DNA of 64,000 nt from an uncultured delta proteobacterium (GTDB taxonomy: Bacteria > Desulfobacterota > Desulfobaccia > Desulfobaccales > 0-14-0-80-60-11), in contig CAVTZS010000008.1 of the NCBI GenBank assembly GCA_963739295.1, positions 41,348 to 105,347 on the forward strand, written 5' to 3'. This document shows, in pieces, positions 37,411-46,235 of this stretch. The notes beneath the pieces were generated by a model. That model had not been told where the DNA came from and made no database searches. It worked only from the letters and a program-made list of their open reading frames with translations. Position numbers and translations under genes: made by a program. Position 1 is the first letter of the stretch; every line of letters starts with the position of its first letter.

Positions 37411-37452
37411 GGGGATAGCCGGGCCGGGGGCCTGGGCTATCCCCTTTTTTTA
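37411..37452 (+). terminator. intrinsic terminator after the response regulator gene
   Basis: GGGGATAGCC-GGGCCGGGGGCCTG-GGCTATCCCC followed by TTTTTTT. Confidence 0.65.
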
Positions 37453-37599
37453 TGGAGTTAGGGGGAAGGCGTCCGGGGCCAGTAGCCCTTAGGCCGGATT
37501 ATTCACCAAATTTCCGGAAACATGCCCAATTCCCTTAATTCATTAGGGATTATCAGTTGCTTGGAAAAGTAGTGTGTATTTTTGCAGATAATTTCCGAA

Positions 37600-37665
37600 G
37601 GGCACGGCACGCCGTGCCCCTACAATGCGGGAATTTCTTTCGTAGGGGCACAGCGTGCTGTGCCC
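37600..37665. repeat. mirrored pair of 24-nt hairpin units (GGGCACGGCACGCCGTGCCCCTAC and its inverted copy)
   Basis: Unit 1 is 37600-37623. Unit 2 is 37642-37665, whose reverse complement is GGGCACAGCACGCTGTGCCCCTAC. The two differences fall on paired stem positions. Confidence 0.8.
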
Positions 37666-37707
37666 AAGAATAATCCGGGTTAGGCCCCTCCCTCAAACTG
37701 CCATTCT

Positions 37708-39069
37708 TCAACCCGCGCCCAGACGGCCGGAGTGCCAGGCATAGAGGAAATAAATGATGAGGCCGACCAGCAGCCACAGAGATAGGCGCCACCAGGAACT
37801 GGCCGGCATGGAAAGCATCAAGGCCAGGGAGACCAGGGCCCCGGCAGCCGAAACCAGCTTGCCGCAAGGGCAGCGAAAGGGGCGGGGTAGGGTAGGGCGG
37901 GTAAAGCGCAGCACTAAGCCCCCCAGACAGACCAGAAAGAAGGCGAAGAGGGTGCCGATGTTGCACAGGTAAGCCAGCTTCTCAATGGGGGTCAGCGACG
38001 CCACCAGGGCCACCGCCACCCCGCACAGCAAGGTCATGCGGTGGGGGGTATGGTAGCGGGGATGGAGCCCTGCCACCCAAGAGGGCAGGAGGCCGTCCCG
38101 AGCCATGGCGAAGAGCACCCGGGGTGTTGGCCAGAAGCAGCATGTAAAGGACACTGGTGATGCCAATCATGGCTCCCAGGGCCACCACGTCCGCGGCCCA
38201 GGGCCGCCCCACCTGACGGAACACCGTGGAAAAAGGAGAATCCGGGTCGACTTGCCCATAGGGCACCATGCCCACCAGGACCAGGGCTGCCGCCAGGTAG
38301 ATCAGGCTGCAAAAGACCAAAGAGCCGATAATGCCGAAGGGCACATCCTGGGTGGGCCGCCGGGATTCCTCGGCGGTGATGGCCACCACGTCAAAGCCCA
38401 GGTAGGCGAAAAATACCAGGGAGGCGGCCTGGAAGATACTGGCGCTGCCATGGGGAATAAGGGGCAGCCAGTTATGGGGCCATATCCATCCCACCCCCAG
38501 GGCCAGAATGAAGGCGATCACGGCAAGTTTAACCGCTACGATGGAGCGGGCCACCAGGGCATTAAACTGGGTGCGCAAGACCAGGAGCCCGGCGAAGAAC
38601 AAAACCACCAGGGCGGCGGGTAGATTGATGATTCTGCCTTCCTGGGTGAAAGGGGGCCCGGTGGCCCAGGTGGCCAAATAGAGGCCGTAGGCTCGCAGCA
38701 AATCCTGGAGGTAAAAGGACCAACCCGCGGCCACGGTGGAAGCTCCCATGCCATATTCCAGGATCAGGTCCCAGCCTATCATCCAGGCCAGCAGTTCCCC
38801 GAAGATGGCATAGGCATAAGAGTAAGCGCTGCCCGCCTGGGCATCAGGGAGGCCAGCTCGGCATAGCAAAGGGCCGCCAGGGCGCAGGCGGCCCCAGCCA
38901 CCAGGAAAGAGAGAATGATCCCCGGGCCGGCGATCTTTACTCCCACCCCGGCGATCACGAAAATGCCGGCGCCGATGATTTGCGCCACCCCGATGACTAT
39001 CAGGTCCAGGCGGCTCAAGCTGCGGCTCAAGGTGGCCGCAGCAGTCTGGGGAGATGAGATAGGGGCCAC
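37708..39069 (-). pseudogene. APC-family amino acid permease interrupted by two 1-nt frameshifts
   Basis: Three colinear ORFs (38779-39069, 37982-38869, 37708-38166) together read as one permease: ...CYAELASLMP|(x)AGSAYSYAYAIFGELLAW...ITSVLYMLLLANT|RVLFAMARDGLLP.... The shifts lie at a C/G run near 38836-38840 and a CCCC/GGGG run near 38120-38126. Confidence 0.8.
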
Positions 39070-39134
39070 CGGCTTGGTGGCTATCAGCCGCTGGCGGAGG
39101 GTTCGCCAGGAAAAGCCTGGGGATTTGGGAGGAT

Positions 39135-39695
39135 TCAGAAGTCCACTGCCTCAGCGGTGATTTGCAGCTTCGCCCCTCCTTTGGGTGCCAGGTTCAATAC
39201 CCCGGTTACGGTCACGGGATGCTCCAGCACCGTGGAGGAGAGGCGGTCCACCAATTTTTTATCGAGATTGCCGAAAAACACTTCCACCATGCCTTCCGGG
39301 GCTCTAAGGAATAGGGATTTGTGGTGCATCAGCACCGGCCCCACCAGGCCCTTGACCGTCACCCGGGTGCCGATAAGCTGGTCTTTTTCCTTAATAAGCT
39401 GGCTGACGCTCAGGGGCTGGCCCGTCTGGGGTTCCGCCAGGGCGGGGGATACAGGCGCGGTCGCGGGCTTTTTCAGAAGTTCCAAGATGGTCTGCTGGCC
39501 AGCTTCCAAATGGGTCACCTTCTCCTTGACGACAGTGATCTCTGCCTTGAGGGCTTGGATCTCCTTGCGCAGCTCTTCATCCGATTTGGCCGCGGGAGAA
39601 CACGCCGACAACAGCATCAGGACCGCCAGGGACACCAGGGCGCGTCCCAGTCCGCCGGTTCCCAGCTTCTTCAGAAACCCAGGGGCCGAATCCAT
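39135..39695 (-). CDS. hypothetical lipoprotein with a coiled-coil segment
   Basis: ATG 39695 (MDSAPGFLKK...). Lipobox LLSAC. No catalytic motif. Confidence 0.55.
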   Translation of the reverse strand: MDSAPGFLKKLGTGGLGRALVSLAVLMLLSACSPAAKSDEELRKEIQALKAEITVVKEKVTHLEAGQQTILELLKKPATAPVSPALAEPQTGQPLSVSQLIKEKDQLIGTRVTVKGLVGPVLMHHKSLFLRAPEGMVEVFFGNLDKKLVDRLSSTVLEHPVTVTGVLNLAPKGGAKLQITAEAVDF

Positions 39696-39927
39696 TGAGT
39701 TGACCTCCTCAAGATAAGGGCAATTCAGAGATTTTTCATACTCCGGGGAAAGGCCCACCCAACATTTTAAGCTCTTCCCCTTCCAGGGGCAGGGTGGCGG
39801 GTGCCTTCCGGGCGCCTGCTAGCCAATATCAATTAATTAATAGGGCCTGTCAATCAGCAATTTATTTATCCTGCCCGAGAGGTTAAAATGAACCTTTGGC
39901 AACGACCTCGTTGGGAAGGAGAAGATT

Positions 39928-40896
39928 ATGTCCCGCGTACTGGTCACCGGCGGGGCGGGATTCATCGGCTCCCACCTGGTGGAATACCTGCTTCACCAGG
40001 GACATGAAATCCTCTGCCTGGATAATTATTTCACCGGCTCCAAGGTGAACCTGGAACACTTGCGGGAGCATCCCCGGCTGGAGGTAATCCGCCACGACGT
40101 GGTGAATCCCATCATGCTGGAGGTGGATCAGATCTACCACCTGGCCTGTCCGGCCTCTCCGGTGCACTATCAATACAATCCCGTAAAGACCATCAAGACC
40201 AACGTCTTGGGGACCCACAACATGCTGGGATTGGCCAAACGGGTGAAAGCCCGGATTCTGTTGGCCTCCACTTCCGAAATTTATGGTGATCCCCAGGTCC
40301 ACCCCCAGAAGGAAGATTACTGGGGGAATGTCAATTGCCTGGGTCCCAGGAGCTGCTACGATGAAGGCAAGAGGGTGGCCGAAACCCTGATGATGGACTA
40401 CCACCGCCAGAACCGGGTGGACATCCGCATCGCCCGGATCTTCAATACCTTTGGCCCCCGCATGGCTCTTAACGACGGCCGGGTGATCAGCAATTTCCTG
40501 GTCCAGGCCCTCACCGGTCAAGAAATTACCATTTATGGCGAGGGCCGTCAGACCCGCTCCTTTTGTTATATTTCCGACATGGTGGAGGGTCTGGTGCGCC
40601 TGATGAATCGCCAGGATTTGGTTGAGCCGGTCAACCTGGGCAACCCTGAGGAATGCACCATCCTGGAGGTGGCCCAGAAGGTCCTGGCCCTGACCCACAG
40701 TCCTTCGGTCATGACTTTTCGCCCTTTGCCGCCGGACGATCCGGGGAGGCGCCGGCCGGACATCACCCGGGCCCGGGAGCTCCTGGGCTGGCAGCCCCTC
40801 ATCCCCCTGGAATCAGGCCTGAAGGAGACCATTCCCTATTTTGTGGAAAAGCTTAAACGCGAAAAATACCCGGTGGTGGCTGGCCCTGCCCTTTGA
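39928..40896 (+). CDS. UDP-glucuronate decarboxylase (UDP-xylose synthase)-like SDR
   Basis: 322 aa. GGAGFIGSH Rossmann motif, [14 protein letters not shown] and YDEGKR (YxxxK). Confidence 0.9.
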   Translation: MSRVLVTGGAGFIGSHLVEYLLHQGHEILCLDNYFTGSKVNLEHLREHPRLEVIRHDVVNPIMLEVDQIYHLACPASPVHYQYNPVKTIKTNVLGTHNMLGLAKRVKARILLASTSEIYGDPQVHPQKEDYWGNVNCLGPRSCYDEGKRVAETLMMDYHRQNRVDIRIARIFNTFGPRMALNDGRVISNFLVQALTGQEITIYGEGRQTRSFCYISDMVEGLVRLMNRQDLVEPVNLGNPEECTILEVAQKVLALTHSPSVMTFRPLPPDDPGRRRPDITRARELLGWQPLIPLESGLKETIPYFVEKLKREKYPVVAGPAL

Positions 40897-40916
40897 AGAG
40901 GAAGGGCAAGGCTTCT

Positions 40917-40982
40917 TGGGAGAGGGGGCCAGGGGCCGGGGACTCCTGCCCCTGCTCCCAAACCCTCTCCCCCTACCCCTTA
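40917..40982. repeat. G/C-tract hairpin variant ending in CCCCTTAAG
   Basis: GGGAGAGGGGGCCAGGGGC...CTGCCCCTGCTCCC...CCCTCTCCCCCTACCCCTTAAG. Confidence 0.65.
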
Positions 40983-41053
40983 AGAAGGGTTACCAGAAGG
41001 GCCAGGCTGAAACGCGGGGTAACCTTCTCTCACCCTACTTTCCTGCACCCCCC

Positions 41054-41686
41054 TTGCGGCAATTTCTTCTTTTCCTAACTCTCCTGGCGTTGGTACTTTG
41101 CGGCTGTAGCGTTGAGCCCAAGGGCCCGCCCCGGGAAGCCCTGGTAAGTGCCGTGATTGACGGGGACACCCTGATCTTGGATGGCGGCGCCCGGGTGCGC
41201 CTCCTGGGCATCGATGCCCCGGAGATGGAGCGGGAAGGCCGCCCCGCGGAATTTCTGGCCCACAAAGCCAAGGCGGCCCTGGCCGAGCTCACCCAGGGGA
41301 AACGGCTGCGCCTGGAGTACGACCAACTGCGCTACGACCACTACGGCCGCCTCCTGGCCTACCTGTTCCTTCCCGATAACACCATGGTCAATGCCGAACT
41401 GGTGCGCCAGGGCCTGGCCCGGGTTTACTTCCATCCCCCCAATGTCCGCTACCGAGATGTCTTACTGGCAGCCCAAACCGAGGCCCTGGAAGGCCACCGG
41501 GGCCTGTGGCAGAAAGCCATAAGTCAGGACGAACCTTATTACCTGGGCAACCGGAACACGCTTAGGGTCCACCGCGCCGGCTGCCCTCTGGGGAAGAAAA
41601 TCGCCCCGGCTAACCAGGTTCGCTTCACCTCGCTGAAGGAAGCCTACCTAAAGGGCTACAGCCCCTGCCGCAGTTGTAAGCCGTAG
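41054..41686 (+). CDS. thermonuclease (SNase-like) family lipoprotein with a C-terminal Cys-rich (Ada-Zn-like) tail
   Basis: TTG 41054 gives MRQFLLFLTLLALVLCGCS (lipoprotein signal). SNase motifs: VIDGDTL, VRLLGIDAPE, YGRLLAYL. The tail is VHRAGCP...YSPCRSCKP. The ORF-track start at 40841 reads through a repeat. Confidence 0.8.
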   Translation: MRQFLLFLTLLALVLCGCSVEPKGPPREALVSAVIDGDTLILDGGARVRLLGIDAPEMEREGRPAEFLAHKAKAALAELTQGKRLRLEYDQLRYDHYGRLLAYLFLPDNTMVNAELVRQGLARVYFHPPNVRYRDVLLAAQTEALEGHRGLWQKAISQDEPYYLGNRNTLRVHRAGCPLGKKIAPANQVRFTSLKEAYLKGYSPCRSCKP

Positions 41687-41692
41687 TGAAGG

Positions 41693-41760
41693 TGGGGGAG
41701 GGGGCTAAGGGCCACAGGCCCTTACCCCCTCCCCCACACCCCCTCCCCCAATCCCTTAAG
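41693..41760 (-). repeat. G-tract + hairpin element, type 1, copy C (inverted orientation)
   Basis: Its reverse complement is CTTAAGGGATTGGGGGAGGGGGTGTGGGGGAGGGGGTAAGGGCCTGTGGCCCTTAGCCCCCTCCCCC. Confidence 0.85.
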
Positions 41761-41761
41761 T

Positions 41762-42406
41762 TTAGGTTTGGGCTGGGGGAGGCGTGGCCTCTGGCCCCGC
41801 CTCCCCCAGCAAACTTATGCGGGTGGGAGGGGGGTGTGGGGGGAGGGCAGGGACCTCAGGTCCCTGGCCCTCCCCCCACAACTGCACCCCTTCATGTTCC
41901 AGCAGCCAGCGTTTGCGGGGCAGGCCGCCGCCGTAGCCGCCCAGGGAGCCGTGCGCGGCTATCACCCGGTGGCAGGGGATGATGATGGCCACCGGGTTGG
42001 CCCCCACGGCCTGGCCCACGGCCCGGGCCGCCTTAGGGTGGCCCAGGCGGCGGGCCAATTCCTGATAGCTGATGGTGGCGCCCCAGGGGATTTTCTTGAG
42101 TTCCTGCCACACCCGGAGTTGGAAAGGGGTACCCTGGAGGTCCAGGGTAAGGGAACGAAAATCCGTGGGAATGGCGGCAAAGTAGGTAGACAACTCCTTC
42201 TTGCTGACTTCAATATAAGTCATAATGGGCTGCGGCAGAAGATCGGGATCAGGATCGTCTGCCAGGGAGGCAGGCTCATGGTGAAAATCCAGGGAAGCCA
42301 GGCCGGCAGCGGTAAAGGTAAGAAAGAGGGGACCAAAGCCCTGAGGGGTCCCCGGCGGATAGAAAAACCATCCATAGCGTCTGGGCTTTTTTGCCTTGGT
42401 GCGCAT
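41762..42406 (-). CDS. ogt: methylated-DNA--protein-cysteine methyltransferase (Ogt/MGMT) with a repeat-encoded C-terminal extension
   Basis: Active site IIPCHRV, helix-turn-wing region (ATISYQELARRLGHPKAARAVG). The last 37 or so codons (GEGQGPEVPALPPHPPP...) are read from the intergenic repeat elements. Confidence 0.85.
   Translation of the reverse strand: MRTKAKKPRRYGWFFYPPGTPQGFGPLFLTFTAAGLASLDFHHEPASLADDPDPDLLPQPIMTYIEVSKKELSTYFAAIPTDFRSLTLDLQGTPFQLRVWQELKKIPWGATISYQELARRLGHPKAARAVGQAVGANPVAIIIPCHRVIAAHGSLGGYGGGLPRKRWLLEHEGVQLWGEGQGPEVPALPPHPPPTRISLLGEAGPEATPPPAQT
41772..41877. repeat. two further G/C hairpins (41772-41810 and 41838-41877)
   Basis: GCTGGGGGAGGCGTGGCC-TCT-GGCCCCGCCTCCCCCAGC, and GGGGGGAGGGCAGGGACC-TCA-GGTCCCTGGCCCTCCCCCC. 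Confidence 0.8.
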
Positions 42407-42481
42407 TTTTCCTCTTATGATTCAGGGAGCAGATTACTCAAACTGGCCAGGCTAAATAAATGGAGAACAGGTTTGCCATTT

Positions 42482-43294
42482 TTAAGTACCCTGGGCCAGC
42501 ACTGCGAACCACATGTTTTCATCCAAAATTTCCACCGGTTGAAGGGGCGAGACTTGGAGGCGCTCCAGGAACCGATCCAGTTGGGTGCCCATGAGGCCGG
42601 AGAAGATGTACCACTTTTTGTTCAAAAAATCCGGGAGGTCCAAAAGCTCTAAGAGGATATCCAGATGAATATTAGCCAGGGCCAGGTCTCCGGGGAGATG
42701 GGCGAAATGCCGGGCATCTCCCTGAATGAGAAGGACTTCTCGCTCCCGCTGGTTGTGGCGGAAGTTGCGGGCCGCGGTGCGGGCTGCCAGTTCGTTGTAC
42801 TCCAGCGCCACCACCCGTCGGGCCCCCAGGGCCAGGGCGGCCAGGGCCAAGATACCGGTGCCGGTTCCCAGGTCCAGCACCTCCCTGGGGGAAGCCCGCT
42901 CAAAAATGAGGCGCAGCAGCTTAAGGCAGAGGCGGCTGGTGGGATGGTAGCCGGAGCCGAAGGCCAGACCCGGCTCCAGACGGATGATCAGTTCTCCCGA
43001 GGCTGGGGTCGGCGCCTCCCAGACCGGGCAGAGATAAAAACCGGCCCAACTGGTGGCCTTAAATGGCTGCCCTGCCTCCCAATCGGCGTAATTGAGAACC
43101 GTCTCCGACGAGTAGCGCCCTGCTGCCGCGTCCTTCAGCCAGGCCCTCACCTGGTCTTCCCTTTTACGGCTGAAAAACAGGTAGGAATGCTCCCCTTCCC
43201 GCCAGCAGCCGAGGAAATCCTCCCCGGTCAGGGCCGGGGGTGGGGTGACGCTCCCTTCGATTTCATAGACAAAGAGTTTTTCCGGTGGGGGCAT
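42482..43294 (-). CDS. prmA: ribosomal protein L11 methyltransferase
   Basis: PrmA pattern: LEPGLAFGSGYHPTSRLCL and SAM motif VLDLGTGTGILA. I prefer ATG 43294. Confidence 0.85.
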   Translation of the reverse strand: MPPPEKLFVYEIEGSVTPPPALTGEDFLGCWREGEHSYLFFSRKREDQVRAWLKDAAAGRYSSETVLNYADWEAGQPFKATSWAGFYLCPVWEAPTPASGELIIRLEPGLAFGSGYHPTSRLCLKLLRLIFERASPREVLDLGTGTGILALAALALGARRVVALEYNELAARTAARNFRHNQREREVLLIQGDARHFAHLPGDLALANIHLDILLELLDLPDFLNKKWYIFSGLMGTQLDRFLERLQVSPLQPVEILDENMWFAVLAQGT

Positions 43295-43477
43295 GGAGGC
43301 TCCAGGGATTATCTTCCAATCTTCCAGTAGCAAACATAATAGCATAAATGTGGGTACTGAAGGGAAGGTAGCGATGTTCTTCAGGTTTTAAGCTTGAACT
43401 TTCGGAAATTTATGGATAACATTAATAAGTTAAGTTAAGGGAAGACGGCCCTTGCGGCTGAGGGGGGAAAGGCGACT

Positions 43478-43981
43478 ATGGAACTCAGGGGCAAGGTTCA
43501 CAAGTTCGGGGACGATATCAATACTGACGAAATCCTCCCGGCCCGCTATCTCAACACCTCCGACCCGGCGGAGCTGGCCCGGCACGCCATGGAGGATGCT
43601 GATCCGGAGTTCGTCAAAAAGTTGCAGCCGGGGGATTTTATCGTGGCGGGCAAAAATTTCGGCTGCGGCTCTTCCCGGGAACATGCCCCCATAGCCCTGG
43701 AAGCGGCGGGGGTCTCCGGGGTGATCGCCGCCAGCTTTGCCCGCATCTTTTACCGCAATGCCTTCAATATGGGCCTGCCCATCTTTGAATCCCCGCAGGC
43801 GGCCGCGGAACTGAAGGAGGGTGGGGAGATCAGCGTGGATCTGGACACCGGGGTGATTAAGGCTCTGGCCACGGGCAAGAAATACTCAAGTCAGCCCCTT
43901 CCCCCTTTCATGCAAGAGCTTTTGGCCGACGGCGGCCTGATGGCTCATATCAAGAAATGCTTGGAGAAGAAAACGGTATGA
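43478..43981 (+). CDS. leuD: 3-isopropylmalate dehydratase small subunit
   Basis: 167 aa. DINTDEILPARYL and GKNFGCGSSREHAP. No leuC lies adjacent in this window. Confidence 0.9.
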   Translation: MELRGKVHKFGDDINTDEILPARYLNTSDPAELARHAMEDADPEFVKKLQPGDFIVAGKNFGCGSSREHAPIALEAAGVSGVIAASFARIFYRNAFNMGLPIFESPQAAAELKEGGEISVDLDTGVIKALATGKKYSSQPLPPFMQELLADGGLMAHIKKCLEKKTV

Positions 43982-45042
43982 ATTATCGCATCGCAGTCAT
44001 CCCCGGGGACGGCATCGGCCCGGAGGTGGTGGCCGAAGGAATTAAGGTGCTCAATGCCGTGGCCGGCCCGGCAGGCATTAAATTTGACTATACCTATTAT
44101 GATTTGGGCGGGGAGCGATATCAGCGCACGGGCGAAACCCTGCCTGATTCAGTAGTGGCGGAACTCCGGCAGTTCGATGCCATCTATCTGGGCGCTATCG
44201 GCCATCCCGAGGTGGCCCCAGGCATTCTGGAAAAGGGCATCCTGCTCAAACTGCGCTTTGAGCTGGATCAATATATTAATCTGCGCCCGGTGGTGCTTTA
44301 TCCCGGGGTGGAAACCCCCCTGAAGGACAAAGGCCCGGAAGATATCAATTTCGTAGTGGTGCGGGAGAATACCGAAGGTCTCTACGCCGGGGCCGGGGGG
44401 TTTTTGCGCTATAACACCCCGGAGGAAGTGGCCATCCAGGAGTCCATCAACACCCGGCGGGGGGTGGACCGCTGTCTGAAATTCGCCTTTGAGTTGGCCC
44501 GCAAACGCCAGCGGGCCAAAAAACTCACCTTGGTGGCCAAGACCAACGTGCTTACCTACGCCTCCAACCTGTGGCAGCGGGCCTTTGAGGCCATGGCCCC
44601 GCAATATCCGGATGTTAGCACCGACTATGCTCACGTGGACGCCACCTGCATGTGGATGGTAAAGAACCCGGAATGGTTTGACGTCATGGTCACCGATAAC
44701 TTGTTCGGGGACATTATCACCGACCTGGGGGCCATGATCCAGGGGGGCATGGGCGTGGCCGCGGGGGGCAACTTCAACCCCGAAGGGGTGTCCATGTTCG
44801 AGCCCATCGGCGGCTCCGCCCCTAAATATACCGGCACCCAGAAGGCGAATCCCATCGCCGCCATTGCCGCGGCGCAGATGATGCTGGAACACCTGGGAGA
44901 AGTTAGGGCCGCACAGGCAGTGGAAGCTGCCATCAAAGAGGTGGCCGGCAAGCATCTAAAAAGCATGGCCGCGGGCCAGATGGGCTACACCACCGGCGAA
45001 GTGGGCGATCTAATAGCCAAGTACGCGGCGGAACTGGTATAA
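43978..45042 (+). CDS. leuB: 3-isopropylmalate dehydrogenase
   Basis: MNYRIAVIPGDGIGPEV, NLFGDIITD and GSAPKY motifs. ATGA overlap with leuD. Confidence 0.95.
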   Translation: MNYRIAVIPGDGIGPEVVAEGIKVLNAVAGPAGIKFDYTYYDLGGERYQRTGETLPDSVVAELRQFDAIYLGAIGHPEVAPGILEKGILLKLRFELDQYINLRPVVLYPGVETPLKDKGPEDINFVVVRENTEGLYAGAGGFLRYNTPEEVAIQESINTRRGVDRCLKFAFELARKRQRAKKLTLVAKTNVLTYASNLWQRAFEAMAPQYPDVSTDYAHVDATCMWMVKNPEWFDVMVTDNLFGDIITDLGAMIQGGMGVAAGGNFNPEGVSMFEPIGGSAPKYTGTQKANPIAAIAAAQMMLEHLGEVRAAQAVEAAIKEVAGKHLKSMAAGQMGYTTGEVGDLIAKYAAELV

Positions 45043-45045
45043 TGG

Positions 45046-45138
45046 ATAGTAGTCAGTGGCCAGTAGTCAGTAGCCAGTAGCCAGTAAAAACAGAAAACAG
45101 AAAACAGAAAACAGGTAGCTGGCAACTGGCAACTGGAA
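45046..45138. repeat. heptanucleotide tandem-repeat hairpin element ((CAGTRRY)x5, (AACAGAA)x3, (GCAACTG)-type x3)
   Basis: In a continuous 7-nt register: CAGTGGC CAGTAGT CAGTAGC CAGTAGC CAGTAAA AACAGAA AACAGAA AACAGAA AACAGGT AGCTGGC AACTGGC AACTGGA. Confidence 0.9.
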
Positions 45139-45159
45139 CAATCCCTGGAGAGGGAAAAA

Positions 45160-46185
45160 ATGGGCGGTGCTTATAAGGTAGCGGTAGTTGGGGCCACGGG
45201 CGCGGTGGGGCAGCAGATGGTGGCCTGTTTAGAGGAGCGCAATTTCCCGGTGGCGGAGCTTAAGCTCCTGGCTTCGGAGAGGTCCGTGGGGCGCGCCCTC
45301 TCCTTTCAGGGCCGGGAAATCCCCGTGGACATGCTCACCGAGGAATCTTTTGCCGGGATAGAGATAGCTTTATTCTCCGCCGGGGGGGAGATCAGCAAAA
45401 ATTTTGCGCCCCTGGCGGCCCAGGCCGGCGCCGTGGTAGTGGACAATTCCAGCGCCTGGCGCATGGACCCGGAGGTCCCCCTGGTGGTTCCGGAGGTAAA
45501 CCCCAAGGACATCGCGCTTTACCGGAACCGGGGCATCATTGCCAATCCCAACTGCTCCACCATCCAGATGGTGGTGGTTCTGAAGCCGCTGCATGATGCG
45601 GCCCGGATCCAAAGGGTGGTAGTCTCTTCTTACCAGGCGGTTTCCGGGACCGGCCAGAAGGCGGTGGATGAACTGGCCGACCAGACGCGAGCCCTGTTCA
45701 CTCAGGGCGACGTGGTGTGCAAGGTCTACCCGCACCGCATCGCCTTCAACGTGCTCCCCCATATCGACGTTTTTCTCGATAACGGCTATACCAAGGAAGA
45801 GATGAAGATGGTCAATGAGACCAAGAAGATCATGGGGGACGACGGCATCCAGGTGACCGCCACCACCGTGCGGGTGCCGGTGTTTTACGGGCATTCCGAG
45901 TCGTTAAATATCGAGACCGAACGAAAACTGACCCCTCAGAAGGCCCGGAAGATTCTCAGCCAGGCTCCCGGGGTGAAGGTGGTGGATAACCCTACCCGAT
46001 TCGAGTATCCCATGCCCCTGGACGCGGCCGGCCAGGACCTCACCCTGGTGGGCCGCATCCGGGAGGATTTCACCATTGCCAACGGCCTTAACCTTTGGAT
46101 CGTGGCGGACAACCTGCGCAAGGGCGCGGCCACCAATGCCGTCCAGATCGCGGAGATTTTGATCCAGGATTATCTGAAGAAATGA
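45160..46185 (+). CDS. asd: aspartate-semialdehyde dehydrogenase
   Basis: 341 aa. GATGAVG Rossmann motif, active-site NPNCSTI, and SGTG. Confidence 0.95.
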   Translation: MGGAYKVAVVGATGAVGQQMVACLEERNFPVAELKLLASERSVGRALSFQGREIPVDMLTEESFAGIEIALFSAGGEISKNFAPLAAQAGAVVVDNSSAWRMDPEVPLVVPEVNPKDIALYRNRGIIANPNCSTIQMVVVLKPLHDAARIQRVVVSSYQAVSGTGQKAVDELADQTRALFTQGDVVCKVYPHRIAFNVLPHIDVFLDNGYTKEEMKMVNETKKIMGDDGIQVTATTVRVPVFYGHSESLNIETERKLTPQKARKILSQAPGVKVVDNPTRFEYPMPLDAAGQDLTLVGRIREDFTIANGLNLWIVADNLRKGAATNAVQIAEILIQDYLKK

Positions 46186-46235
46186 ATAGCTAGCGGATGC
46201 CAGCAGTCAGGAGGGAGGGTTTCGCTAGGTTTTTA

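Noticed and set aside
41686-41982. 98-aa ORF (MKVGEGAKGHRPLPPPPHPLPQ...), with similar Pro/Gly ORFs at 21343-21534 and 40893-41078
   Set aside because: They are read entirely through the G/C-tract repeat elements and are compositional artefacts.
43478-45042. leuD-leuB without an adjacent leuC as an anomaly
   Set aside because: Scattered leu genes are common, and leuC may lie elsewhere in the genome. This cannot be assessed from the window.
45046-45138. CRISPR array, considered for the tandem repeats here and at 20008, 55669 and 59818
   Set aside because: The repeat unit is 7 nt with no unique spacers between units, and no cas genes are present. These are microsatellite-like heptamer arrays.
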